This document shows positions 39,601 through 52,770 of a stretch of DNA of 64,000 nucleotides, piece after piece (the stretch's first letter is position 1; every line of letters starts with the position of its first letter). The translations under genes and the position numbers were made by a program. Source of the DNA: Tubulanus polymorphus (Eukaryota > Animalia > Nemertea). The notes under the pieces are model-generated. The model saw only the letters and a program-made list of their open reading frames with translations. It had not been told where the DNA came from and did not search any database. The stretch lies in assembly GCF_964204645.1 (NCBI RefSeq), contig NC_134026.1, forward strand, positions 22,850,150 to 22,914,149, read 5' to 3'.

Positions 39601-42600
39601 CTGGACTTGAACCAACAATTATTACTAAGTTTATGAACTAAACTCCGCTGTTTTTTATCGAGTATGGAATAAGTTACCTCTCTTGAATTCCTTGTCTCTC
39701 AACTGTTTGCATAGCCCGAGGGACATGGGGTGTTTCTCTGGGGAAACATTGTAAGAAAAACGTTTTCATTGTTATAATATCGCATGAAAAATATTTTCAT
39801 TATTATAAATATCCCCCTGATTTTTGTACGTCAATGCGCAGAGTTTTCTCTGCTCTCAGCACCTGGCTCCACAATAAACTGATCTGATTTCGAAACCAAA
39901 TTATTCGAATTGCACATTCTGCATAATAATTGACAGCTGTTCATTATCATCTAGCAATTTCAATGACTGACTTCCCACAGTCCAGCTGCTTGACTTTATT
40001 CAACAATGTGCATTCGATTTTTTTATTTCATTCTAAAGCCGGAGGACCAGGTATTTGACAACAGTTACGCATTATGACGGTGTGACCTTATTAACTTCCT
40101 GAATTCAATTGTAAGCTTGAGAGGTAATCCACAGCAAATCTGCAAGTATTCATATTCATAAAACCAACTTGTGATCCTGCCAATGAAACAGCATATAACT
40201 CACGAACACAACCTTATTTAGAACAGTCTAAATTTGATCTGTTCCAATTTAGAATGAACCAAGCGTTCACACTGGTAAAGAATTGACCAATTCCTCTGAC
40301 CTAAAATTGCAATCCAGTTCTTCTAAATCATATTTATTGGAACGGATCATTTCTTCGTGTATGAGCAGAAACTGGTTCTATATTGAATTGTGATTCGGCG
40401 CGCTAATGTCGCAATCACCTACTGTTTTACTTCCGGAATAGAATAGAACAGATTTACCCCCTGGTATACTGGAGTCAGCTCATCTATTGGCGGTCCGCAG
40501 GCACAATCTTGTTTGGAAATTTCCTCTTGAACTACTCTGTAACTTAGCACAAATGGCTGTTTTGATTTGTAGTGGCACCTATGTTTTATTTTGTGATATA
40601 TATGGTTTGGACAATGCTAAATTGGTCTGTTCCAGGTACGAACCAATTTAGAATGAACTTACTAGATATAATGCCAACGAACGCGGCTTAATTGATTGAT
40701 ATTTGCAAGCCTTCAGTTTTGCTTTCACATTACTTGTACATCAAACGAAGTTGCTGTCAGCCGAATTCTATTCAATTGCAGTATTTTCATTTATCTATAG
40801 ATAGTGATGCCGGGTTTTTGCACTCGGTGATTGATTGATGATCTATCCAGGGAATACAAACCGCAGAAATAAATCACGTTTACTTCAGAACGGGTACCTT
40901 TGCATTGACAGCCTAATTTTTGTCACAAGGTCTCCTGATCCTGTGGTGTTGGTTTCAGTACTATCGATGTTTGACCTTTGTCCTAAGTTTGTGTCGTGAG
41001 AATGTTTCTATATTTTCACCGCAATCTGATTTGTATGAACACTCGGCAGTCCTATATTTGTTTGAAAGTCGTTTCCGACGTGTTAGGTTTACTTTCAGAC
41101 ATTAATCCGATGATATCTGAGCGATTTACAATACTGACGCACAGTTTTCCCTAGACGTGATGATGGTTACGTCCGCCAATTAAAACCATCCATCACAAAT
41201 GTCCTTCAGTGCCTTTGCTCTTTTGCCTATTCAGCTGCTCGTTGCCAATAACCTTTACATCTGAACGATCAGCAAGAAATAGAAAATGTTCTTTTTTCAC
41301 GAATCACTCAGGTTTATGTTTGTTTATTCGACAAAAAGAGTGTTGAAGGTTTTTATTACTGAAACCGTGTTGTTTTCGAAACTACTCTACCCCTGTGCAG
41401 TTCCACATGTTCTTTTATCGCACCATTCACCTAGGACCTTGTTTTATTTAGACCCAGTCCGAATCTGTTTATTCGAATTGAAACCTTGGGATTCCAACGA
41501 TCATATTTCGCCTCGGTCATGCCAATTTTCCCCGAATTCTGGCATGCTGATTTCAGATGCTTTTTCACGGTACGTGTAATTCAGTTTCACGTTCAGGGTA
41601 ATTGAGATACCAAGTTTATTTTCAGTAGTTGTAAATGGCGTCGGCATTAATTCTGAGAAAATGCGAGCCAAAACAGATAGTAGGCATCGCTATTCCTTTA
41701 ATGACTGTTAAAACACTTACCGGTAAGCTCATAAACAGAAAAAAAATCGTTTTCTTTCAAGTTGAGTTGATTAGAGAAGAAATGTGCATTGTAATTCTTG
41801 ATGAAAAGACAGCGACAATGACCCACATGTTACTTTAGTTGATTAAAACATTCGATAAAATGCATTTGATAATTAAGATATTGTCGCTTCAACATTTATC
41901 AGGATAACTTCATCATTTATCGTGTCATTTATAGATAGGTACTAACAGTTACTAAGGCTTTTTGACAGAAACCTTCCATACAGTATTCTTTTCAATTAAT
42001 ATATCAACATATGCGAAAATATAAACATTCTATTATCGAAACTAGACTCCTTTTTGAACTTGACTGTAAACTTGTGATATAAGACTTTGCGAAAGCGCGA
42101 TAGAAGAGGATAACCATCAAATTAATCTTCTTCAAAGGTTTCTATTAGTGCCAACAGCGAACTGCATCAAGTTGACAATTATCCGAAATCCTCCAACAAT
42201 TCGCAATTGATGTATGCGTTGGTAGTGACATTGATTAGTAACTTTGTTGACGAACTGTTGTATGCATTAGGTAGAGCCTTCTCGCCCTTGGCCCTGAAAT
42301 ATACAACATTGTCAGTTTGACGACGCGTAAGCACTTTGTTTCGCCAGTGATTGGGCCATTGACACCGCAGTAGCTCCTCCATTAGGATGGACGGCGTTTG
42401 TTGTTGTAACTATATAACTTGTAATTATTCGAGTATATTGATCTTTAAGTAGAATTAGATTTGATGATGATGTGTGATGACCAATTAGCCCTGTACACGC
42501 GTTTTCGCAAACTGCCCTCTAAACATTATTCAGCATTATTCATCATTTGGCACAAGCCAAGCGAAATTCCTTGAAACAAATGCAAAGTTTGAAATGTCGA

Positions 42601-42761
42601 TTAGAAATGAAATCCTTTCCCTGGTTATGCATGATTAAATGTTGAAAACTTAATTATACAGTTTCTCTATTTGTATCTGAATGTATGGTTAAATTTTCTC
42701 GGTTTCTTCTGTATTGATCTTCAAGCAGTTTTATAATGTCTTGCAATAGATCGTTTCTTGT

Positions 42762-43836
42762 TTTTAGCTCCGCTGTGACCGAAGGTCAGCGGAGCTGATG
42801 GGTTAGGGGGTTCGTCGTCGTCGTCCGTCCGTCCGTGCGGTGTTCGGTGTCCGGCGTCAACTTTTTCTTTATATCCCTACTAGTCCTACAGTTCTGATGG
42901 GATCTTGATGAAACTTGGTATGAATGATCTATGGGGGAGTGCCTACAAAAGTACAGAGCCATAATTTTGATTTTGCATAAATTATGCAAATTAGGGCTAT
43001 TTTTAGATTTTCACTAAAATTGCTGCTCCTCCATCGATTTTCAGCGGATTTCAATCAAACTTGGTATGAATGATCTATGGGGGAGTGCCTACAAAAGTAC
43101 AGAGCCATATTTTTGATTTTGCATAAATTATGCAAATTAGGGCTATTTTTAGATTTTCACTTAAATCGCTACTTCTACTTCAGTTTTCAGTAGATATCAA
43201 CCAAACTTGGTACGAATGATGTATGGGGGAGTGCCTACAAAAGTATAGAGCCATACTTTTGATTTTGCATAAATTATGCAAATTAGGGCTATTTTTAGAT
43301 TTTCACTTAAATTGCTACTTCTACTCCAGTTTTAAGTAGATTTCAACCAAACTTCATATGAATGATCTATTGGGGAGTGCCTACAAAAGTATACAGCCAT
43401 GTTTTTGATTTTGCATAAATTATGCAAATTAGGCCTTTTTTAGATTTTCCTTTCAATCGCTACTCCTCCAATTTTCAGCGGATTTCAAACTTAGTATGAA
43501 TGTTTTTATAGGGGATTGTCTAAACCAGTATAGAGCCATATTCTAGATTATGCATAAATCTGCAAATTAGGGATAATTTTTTTAGATTTTCACTTAAATC
43601 GCTACACCTTCTTCAGTTTTTATCAAATTTGAATTAAACTTTTTATGAATGATCTATGGGATGATGCCTACATAAGTATAGAGGATGTTTTGCAAATTAG
43701 TTCTATTTATAGATTTATCTTGTCAAGTGGCTATAATGTCCCTGAACATCTAGTTTCAAATAGATACTGATGTGATAGTCTATGCTCCAAGCCACAACAA
43801 AGACAGCGGAGCTATATAAGCCGACAGGCTTCTTGT
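42762..43836 (+). mobile_element. Non-autonomous Helentron-associated element (HINE/DINE-1-like) with internal tandem array
   Basis: T-run then subTIR AGCTCCGCTG (42766) with nearby inverted copy CAGCGGAGCT (42787), GTC/GTCC microsatellite, internal repeats, 3' subTIR CAGCGGAGCT (43804) and 3' stem-loop AAGCC-gaca-GGCTT. Confidence 0.85.
42911..43715 (+). repeat. ~146-bp tandem repeat array (about 5.5 units) inside the HINE
   Basis: Unit AAACTTGGTATGAATGATCTATGGGGGAGTGCCTACAAAAGTACAGAGCCATA...GCATAAATTATGCAAATTAGGG recurs at ~42911, 43058, 43203, 43349, 43487, 43637 and degrades toward the 3' end. Confidence 0.92.
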
Positions 43837-45780
43837 CTTTAGTTTAAAATGGCGTGAATGAATTTATGACCAATGAAATCTGAAGTTGTTCATAATACGG
43901 CTGCGATTTCTGCGTCTGGAAAAATCACTCATGCCTGCAGTTTATCAATATTTGCCAGATTCCTTCGGTTTCGACTGATTAATAGCTGTAATTAGTCATA
44001 AGTTATGCAGAGAAATGAATTGAATTTGACATTTCACGGATGAATTTCTTGATCAGTCATTTGCTTCGCGAAATAGATTGAACTGATTAGCGTATATCTC
44101 TCAACTATTGAGAAAAAGCACTACTGGCGCAACATGTGTTAAATTTATTTTCGAGTAACCAGACAAAGAATCATCAGAGTTTATTTACACCATGGGAGAT
44201 GTGTAAAATGTAGTTGATCAGCTGGTAAGATTTTCCTGTGGAGCTAACTTGGTAGAAAATAGACTGAAATGGCCTTCAAAGCTCTGCAAGCGCTACTGTT
44301 CCATTTTTGTTGTTAAACAACACAGTTTGTTTAGAAAAATTGAATTTTGCTGCTAAAGATATGAATCCAATGAATAATGTGTTATTGATGTGTAGCCATG
44401 GTCATTTATCGTTTAGGTTCAAGGCTTGTTAACTCAATATTTAGTTTATATGTAACTGGTGTGCATATTCTGTGGTGATGATAGAATTGTAATTGTCAAT
44501 ATTATAATCAAACATTGGTTAACTCCATACTACCTCTCGGTGACAAATCCGGCTACCAGTACGACAATTGAGGAAATATAACACTTTATGATGACATCAG
44601 ATCGCTGATTTACACTGAATTACCACCATAAATACCAAGAATTCATCTCAGTCATTTTGAAGATATATAATACTATGTTAGAAACATACTTCATTTAAGA
44701 AAATGTGTTATCAGGAACTGTATACGTATATAAATGGATAAGATATACTGCAGGAAATATTTTGTTCTTTGTGAAAGCTCTGGGGACAGATGGCGGAAAT
44801 TGACTTTTCTTCCCGTCACCTGAACTCACGGAAGACTTCTCCGGCATTATCGAGGCTAGCTCATGAAAGGACTGCGGCCATGACAAAAGCTGCGCTCTCA
44901 TGCGTGATGATGTGCAATGGTTTGTTGTCGCAGCATTACCTCTTGTTTATCCTCGGTGTCATCCATCATTGGAATATAAAGCTTGAAGAAACATGCTCGA
45001 ACGCGAGTATCTGCTATTTTCGGACCGAAGGTGATTGTCAAGATAGAGGCACCAATAATGATCCGTTAAGTAGTATTCTAAGAAATGCTACCATCTACGA
45101 ATTATCTATTAGTTTTTCGATACGTTTGGGAATTTTGTTGTGTGCTAATACACGTTCAGACAAGTGTATCGCGTCTCCGTGGCTTTGTAATAATTGATCA
45201 TTTGGTGTACACAATGATTATTCGAAATAATGAATCGAATTTAAAAAAAAAACAGAGAAATATCTGTAATATTCTTGTATGTTTGATAATTAATATTATT
45301 GCCCGCATGGCAATTGTTTAATGATTATGCGTTGCACGAAATTGAGAAAATGATTGATAGCATATGAGAGATCATGAAATCACTTTATCGGAAAAAAATA
45401 CTGTGTCGTTATATCGTATTGTATGCACGCAAGTGCCATATTTCGTTTATGAATTTATGAATTCATGACGAGCATTGAAAAGCTAATTAACGAATCAACA
45501 CAGGCTGCAACGACAACTGTACAACGCAACTGCTGGCATTCATTTGATACTAGGATATTGAACTCCAGTAGTAATTTATATTGAGAGTTAGGTATTGACT
45601 GATCGACTTCAATTCAATGCATCCTGACTTATGCATGCATTGGAACATGCCGCTAAATTGGAAAATCAATTTACTCTTGATATATTAGTTTTGCAGCGTT
45701 ATCCACTTCTTGAATTTAAGCAGGATCCTGTCGAATGTTTGATGTACCTGTCAAGCATAGCAGTACGAGAGCTAAATCTG

Positions 45781-46253
45781 TTTTTAGCTCTGCTATGACC
45801 AAAGGTCAGTGGAGCTGCAGGGTTAGAGATGAGCCGTCATCGTCTGTCTGTCCTTTCTTTGCCAGCATCAACTTTTATTTATCACATTTTTCTCAATAAC
45901 GGATATATTCACAAAATTTGGTACACTTGCTTACTTTGGTGCCCCATTGTTTTCCATCAAAAAATTTATTAATCGGACTACTGTGGTACCACCAGGGAGC
46001 GTTTCGTAAAAATTGATGTGGGAATTTGTCATATCATTCTTCAGTAACTATATATTTGATGTAGGGTTTATTCAGAAAGTTTGTCTGCGCAAGACAAAAT
46101 CCAGTTATTTTGGGAAGTCGTGGAGACATTTTTGATGGATTGTCTTGAACTAGGCATTAATCTTTTTCAATCACTGCTAGTCCTACAATTTTCTTCCAAT
46201 CTTCCTACTGCCATCAACCAAACACAGTGAACCTCAGCCAACAGGCTTCTTGT
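45781..46253 (+). mobile_element. Second, more diverged HINE with the same terminal structure
   Basis: 5' end TTTTTAGCTCTGCTATGACCAAAGGTCAGTGGAGCTG matches the 42762 element; GTCT microsatellite; 3' end AGCCAACAGGCTTCTTGT. Confidence 0.75.
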
Positions 46254-49200
46254 TATTTCATTCGAAATGATTCTCAGCAAGCATTCCAGATTCTGAAGCC
46301 AGGTTATTAAATTCAAGTTGATGAACTGAAGCCTCACATCACAACTCAAAGGCAAGATTCTACATGATGTAGAGGCAAGGTATTGCTTGAATCGCCAGAA
46401 AATCTGGTTCCTCATCTTATCTTTCATTCATAGATCTGAATCTGCAATTGCTATTATGCGTTTCTACTCCTGACATTGTCGGATGAATATTTATAAGACT
46501 TGGAAAGAGAAATGGACATTTCAATTTTGAATCATGCGTTATATGGCAAAGACTTTTTTTCATCCTCGATCCATCAACGAAAAATGGACCCAGCTGTACG
46601 TCTCAATATCACGAGACAAAAACCATGAATTCTTTAAACCGCTGAGATAGATAATGGATCGCAAAAGTGCTCTTACAGCTTACATGCATGTCATTAAAGG
46701 CTGAAGAGCTGGAGGATCTGTTCCATTACGATGTAATTGACTTAGTTCTGAAGTTTTTTCAAGATATTAAAGTTATGAATGGTTCTCTATTCTACTTATC
46801 CGTCAATAAGTGCAACATAGTAAAGCAGAGAATGCACATTTAAGTTGATCTGAATTCGACATTTTTTCAACCATGGACTAGAAAAATCCTGCCGAGACTC
46901 AGTTTTCCAATGAAAATCAAGTTTATGTTCGTTGCTATTGGTTTTATTCACTTGTATAACTCATTCGGGCTGCATAAGTAGATGCGATTGTTCTTAGGGA
47001 GGAGTTGGTTCAGTAATTACAATAATACTTTGAATTCTAGTACCTTATTTTCAATCAGCGCTGTATTAATCACTGCATTAATTGAGGTGACTGCCTGAAA
47101 ATGCATTTGGTAAGTGTTTGCCTATAAATATGCCATCACTGCTGTGTTTGACAGCTCGCTCTGTGTACATTCAAGAAGAAACTACTTCAACTCAGTATAA
47201 CTAGTTTGACAAGTGTTCTATTTTCCTTGTAGTAATCTTGAAAAAAAAAACCGCCTGATGTGACACTTTTCCTGAAATCCTGAATCTTTCAAGTATACCT
47301 GGCACGACACATTCATATGACAGCATGAGATCTTCATAGATCTCCTAGTCATGTTGTTGTAAGATCGTTATTGATATACATACATCCAAATGCTCCCAAA
47401 CAGCATCGTTGGACACTTAGCCCAGTATGGTTTTGAGGGGGAGGCTTTATTAGCTTCGCCTCTGTGATACCTGATTTTTTCCCATTGAAGTGGCACTAGT
47501 AAGAAGGTCTTGAAACCTACTTCGTTTGCGAATGGAGGCTGATTATCATACGTTATAGCAGAATGAAAGTATGTATGAGAAGTATGGTTCCATGTGGTGA
47601 AACATTTCACCAAGAGACTTTTCCAATAACAACAGTGTTTCGGTTTCTACTTTCAATAATCTATCTTCTAATGTGACTGCAACTAGCCGACTTTTATTCG
47701 CCCACAATGCGAGGTCCAAGAAGCGAATTATCAACGTTGATACTATCACATCGATTTCCCTAAAGATGCACGGTAGTCGGGCAAGTACATACGTGCACCG
47801 GTGATAACAGTTTAACCTAATATCTGGCCTGGCAGCAGATTACTTGAATATCGTCTCGCTGGATTTTGTTCGATAGTCCAATAAATCATATCAACATGAT
47901 GACAAATGTGATTATCGCTGAATCCGGTGTCCCTTCTGAAATGGGCTCACATTGATGAAGGTATGGAATGTCTTTGGAACCGGGAGCTGTAAACATCTCA
48001 ATTATTCAGTTCAACAAGTTCAGAATTGATGCGCATAAAATCATGATCTCGGCCGTCGTTTTTCCGTTATCAAACGATTCATTCACTACTCATAAAAATA
48101 TGAATAAACAAGTTTGAATTTCAAAACGAGTTTCGCCAAAATAATCGAATATATCCATATTGTCTTGGCGATACTGTTTACAATTTAGATGTGTATCATT
48201 CATATGAACATAAAACCCGTCTTTTATCTAAGGCAGGAGTAACAGGGTCTTTGTGATGTAATATCATTCAGTGAATATTATATAAAATTCTTTAGCAAAA
48301 ACGATATATGTTATAAAGATACAGGCAACGGTATCCTCCATGGTATTCTTGGTGGCTAGCGCAATACTGGTTATCATTAGAAATGACTGTCAGTGACCAC
48401 TTCATCATATGTTGATAATGAGATCCTGCAAAACTGGTCAGGTATTGGCAGATTTGTTGTGATAAATGATTGATAGGCAAATTGACAAACTACATGCTAT
48501 ACATAATATGTTGCGTACCTTCGATAAGTTTGATCAGAAGTTTTACTTTATCATGTATTTGGTTTTGAATGTATTTGAATTCATTTTTCGTATGTTATCA
48601 AGTAGACTGAATTTTGATAATGGATCTCGCCGATGCTTTGAACCTTATTTCAGGCAAAAATTCCTGTTATAGGGTAAAACTTCAGTTGTGATGGATCATG
48701 CAATGAATATAGATATCCATATCATAAAACATAAAACATACATATAATGTAGGGTGATGTTGCATACCAATATGGATATGATTGATTTGTTTTGTCAAGA
48801 AAAATGCAATAAAACGATTCTTTTAGGCTCCAATAGCTTGCGCTTTCGGGACATTTGGATTTTTCATCCATGACAATTGAGACCAGCTTTCCTTGGTACT
48901 GAATGTTTTCTGATTTATATGACATTTATTGCCCTTTTCTATATTCTTTGGCATAAAACATAAAGAACAGCGACTAATATTTCCTTCTATTAACAAGGAT
49001 TACATGTACATATAAGTGGACAGTCGTTTAAGTGATTAATGTCTACTCAAACAGCAACTGGCTACAAAGTTAATACTGGCCCACAACTGCGGGATTAGAT
49101 TCATGTTCTCATGAAAAAAGATGTATTTATGTTGTTGTAAAAGTACGACATTTGAAAATTCATGTACTAGTAATGTCATTTAAATATAAAAAAAAGAAAC

Positions 49201-49269
49201 TTGAGATTCAATTTTCTCTTAGTTTTCCTATAATTTACTGAATAAGGTCAGTAAAAAGTATTTGTCCAC

Positions 49270-49551
49270 TCAACCCTTTCAGTTCATCTATACCGCAGTA
49301 CTATGTATTATTCGGTGATGGACTTTCCTAGTACACCGCAACGGTGTGTTGATGTAATTTGTAATTAGTCTTTATCTCTGTTGAAAGATGGCAGCTCCTC
49401 CCACACAGTTAGTAACTAATGATACACTGCTCTGCGGTGTAGACACATCCTAGCAGTTTGCCCGTTATTACACTGAGGTGGAATTTTTCAACTTTTCAAA
49501 TCATCTCCAGCACTTTCAGGTGTAATTAAAAGTCAGCACTGAAAGGGTTAA
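49270..49551. mobile_element. piggyBac-like MITE remnant
   Basis: Inverted ends AACCCTTTCAGT...ACTGAAAGGGTT; CCC/GGG termini flanked by TCAA/TTAA. Confidence 0.45.
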
Positions 49552-50609
49552 ACTATGAAGATTGTAATGAATGAAATCACTTTTGCAGTGCAACATCGGC
49601 CAAAATTAGATCTCGGCTTTAATTGTGAAATTAGCTAACTAGATCTCGCGTGTTCTGTTGCTGTAATTTAGCTGCAATTTGAGCATATATTATGAGAACT
49701 ATCATTTATTGTTGTGTCTTCTGAGACATAGACACACACAGGTAAAATGTGACAGAATGATATCTCGCACGAACACTAGCTGAGGTTTTGTCACGTTTAA
49801 TCTTCCAGGTATACGACTCTCATCTGAAAACTAATCCCAACTGGATTTTGAATAATGTATACCTAATGGTTCATCAAGATATACCTGCCTCTTATTATTG
49901 CAGTGTAAATTGGTGTCAAAAAGATATTTATAGTCTCTTGGTACCTCTACGCTGTAGATACGTTTATGTTAGAAATTTTATAGTGTATGTGGAATTTATT
50001 GCCTAATAAATGTTTAAGGTAAAAAAGAATCTGGCGATTTTGGTTTTAGAAGCAAAATTCAGGTTTGATTTAATCCAAAAATATCTCGATATATTCGACC
50101 TTCAAATTCATCTGCCGTGAATGAATACAGCAAAATGTCAATATCCAATTTAATGGTTTTCATTGGTGGCTGGAAGGGAAAGATGCAATTGATGCAACTT
50201 GAGAGACATCTATATGTTCAGACTGAAACGAATCAGTTCGTCGATTATTCTTGGTAGCGGGTCGTTTTTGAAGTAGAGAGCCAATTTTGATTTCCGATAG
50301 ACCATTTTACAGTTTGTCCCATTCCTCCTTTGTTCTAGGTTGGTGCAGGTCAATATTATAGTGTTCCATTTCTGCTGAGGCATGAATGGAGAAGACAGTT
50401 TTATCAATAATTCATTGGTCTATTGATAAACGGTGCAATGCTCAGTTCCTTGTATTGTTTAATCTTCTATCATGTATGTATATATCCTAATTTTTTTTGA
50501 TATGATATTTCCATGAAGATATTTCAGCCAACCATTGATTGACCTCAAGATAAGTCCGATATATCCAAATCAGAATTCTCCATAACCCTGAACAATTAAT
50601 CAATATTTA

Positions 50610-50657
50610 CTCTATGCTAATGTTTTTTTTTTTCTGTTTATATCGTTTCAGGTATGT
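50610..50657 (+). other. Recursive splice site (ratchet point) candidate 2: TTTCAG|GTATGT
   Basis: Branch-like GCTAAT (~50616), long T-tract, CAG (AG at 50650-51) immediately followed by GTATGT; downstream cryptic donors ACA|gttagt (50698/9) and AAG|gtaggc (50761/2). Confidence 0.65.
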
Positions 50658-51021
50658 CTTTCTATCTTCACTATGAAATCTTATACAAACTACTCACAGT
50701 TAGTCTCAAATCATCAAGTTCTATAATTTCTTTGCCAAAATAGTCACACCACCAGTGTAAGGTAGGCTTAATGATGGTGTATGTAAAATCCGATGTTCTG
50801 GTGGTGGCTTGCAGTTAATGCTCTGTGAATCCTTCCAAACATGTTACATATATATATTTGTACTTCCCTTAATAAAAATGTGCCGCATCCTTCAATGTAG
50901 TTACCTAAACCTATTGATCTTTTTATAATTGAGGTATAAAGGAAGATGATATGTATTATTCTAATGGCAGCTTATCTAAGGAGGAATCGTCAAGCAATAA
51001 TGTTTTCAGATGAGAGTAAAA

Positions 51022-51136
51022 CCAGGGCCCGGTTTTATAGACTGGTATTACCTTTAACCCGGGGCTAACGGGTTAAAGGTAATAACCCGGGGCTAACGGG
51101 TTAAAGGTAATACCAGTCTATAAAACTGGGCCCTGG
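51022..51136. mobile_element. Palindromic mini-MITE (Harbinger-like ends) with internal 28-bp tandem duplication
   Basis: 40-bp arms with 1 mismatch (51022-51061 / 51097-51136); related degenerate copy at ~57690-57802. Confidence 0.7.
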
Positions 51137-52174
51137 ATTTTGCAGAAGCAAAACTTTTAAGTTTGTAAATGGTTTCAGTTTCTTACTGTGTGCCTCATCA
51201 TCTACTTCCAATGGAATCTTTACTCAATTCAAGTAGCTCAAAATCCTCAGTTCTTTGATTGGTAGTTAGTTCATTGCGAAAGATGCAGATGGCAATGCTG
51301 TGTGCGGCAGCATAAATGTGCGGATACTATTTCCAGTTTCCATCACGAGGTAGCGATCTGTAAATGCGTCGATGTTTCTGGCAAAATCAAACAGATGGCA
51401 GCATCAGCTATTGAGATTGATTTTGTGGCCGGAAGAGCTTTGAGATTGATTTACATTTAAATGTATAAATGCTTTTTACCATGTTTGACTTATTTCATTT
51501 GCAAAGATAATAGGTTTCAATTTTGTTACTACGCAGAGATATGATTGATATGTTATGTTTTTTTTCGCATTGCATAAATGCTGTAATTTAACATTTTAGT
51601 ATCAATTTTGATAATGTTGCAGGGTTGTTGTAATGAAATTTGAATTTGTAGATCAATTCATGAATACATTTTACTCGGTAATTAGAGCTGTGAATTTCCG
51701 TTTTCGCTAGTACACATGGAGACCACCAGGCAAACTATCGTGTTCGAAATCATTTTATCGGCATCTTATATACAATTATTATATGTCACCAGTTTCTGGT
51801 TTGGTATTAATATCATAATCACATTGTTGGTAGCATCATCGAGGGATATTTCATCGACGCATTGCTGGTGGTGATGATGTGCGAGCAAAGTGTTACCTAA
51901 TGTTTTTAATCACGGGTGAGGGCTGCGTGGTCAGAATTTCACGTACGCACAGGGATTAGGGAGTGCTCGCGAAAATGACACTATTCCACCGGAGAGAGTT
52001 CTATTTATGGTATATATAATATTCATTGCAGTCACTTTGCACGAACAATAATGGTCATTACTTATGAATCGTATTTGATAATTCTGCCATTGACGAAGTC
52101 ACGCTTTTACCCAACGAGTAATAGTTGATACATTAATTATCACTTCTAAATGAATTGTGGTGATATTAACATCA

Positions 52175-52770
52175 GTTTATTACCGCTGGTCAATAAGGGC
52201 AGGTGATTGTTTCTACGTATCTGAAGCGTCTGTCTGTCTTTCAGCTACATCTTCATTAATAGTGAGTCGATCTTGATGAAACTTGGGTACAATTGTTAGT
52301 ATGAGGGTCTGGTTGTGCAGTGCAGGAATGGAACCAGTGCGCCACCTAGTGGCAGAACTAGGCACTTAAAACTTTTTCGGCGACATGACCTTGAAAATGA
52401 TCTCATAACTGAAGGACTGGATCGAAATCCAAAACGTTACCTGACAATTGGCTATTGGCCCTAGATGCAACATATCCAAAACGCAATGGTAACTAATGCA
52501 TGGTAGTTTCGGAGTTCAAGTTCGAGCCTTAGCCCGAGAACTATTGTCGCCTGTGGCTTGTTTTTAGCCTGCTTGGCTGAAGGCCATTCAGGCTTATGCT
52601 GTGCCCCTGGGTCTTAGTGGTACGTCAGATTTCTTGTTAACACTCTACAGACCACAATCTTTGACCAAGCATCTTCAAATTCAGATTTATTTTGTTTGAC
52701 CAAAAATTCTTGAACGGGTTCGATATTTGTGGTAATCTGATATTTTCATAATCTCTTACATAATATTTGA
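52175..52770 (+). mobile_element. Adjacent degenerate HINE-like elements
   Basis: GTCTGTCTGTC microsatellite and ATCTTGATGAAACTTGG core (also at 42902); a second 5' end TTTTTAGCCTG...CAGGCT hairpin at 52561; 52600-52730 resembles 14095-14240. Confidence 0.5.

Noticed and set aside
42911-43715. CRISPR-like periodic array
   Set aside because: Whole ~146-bp units are homologous with no unique spacers; eukaryotic context inside a transposon
49795-49815. Additional AG|GT site tcttccag|gtatac
   Set aside because: Short pyrimidine tract and weak donor compared with the two main sites
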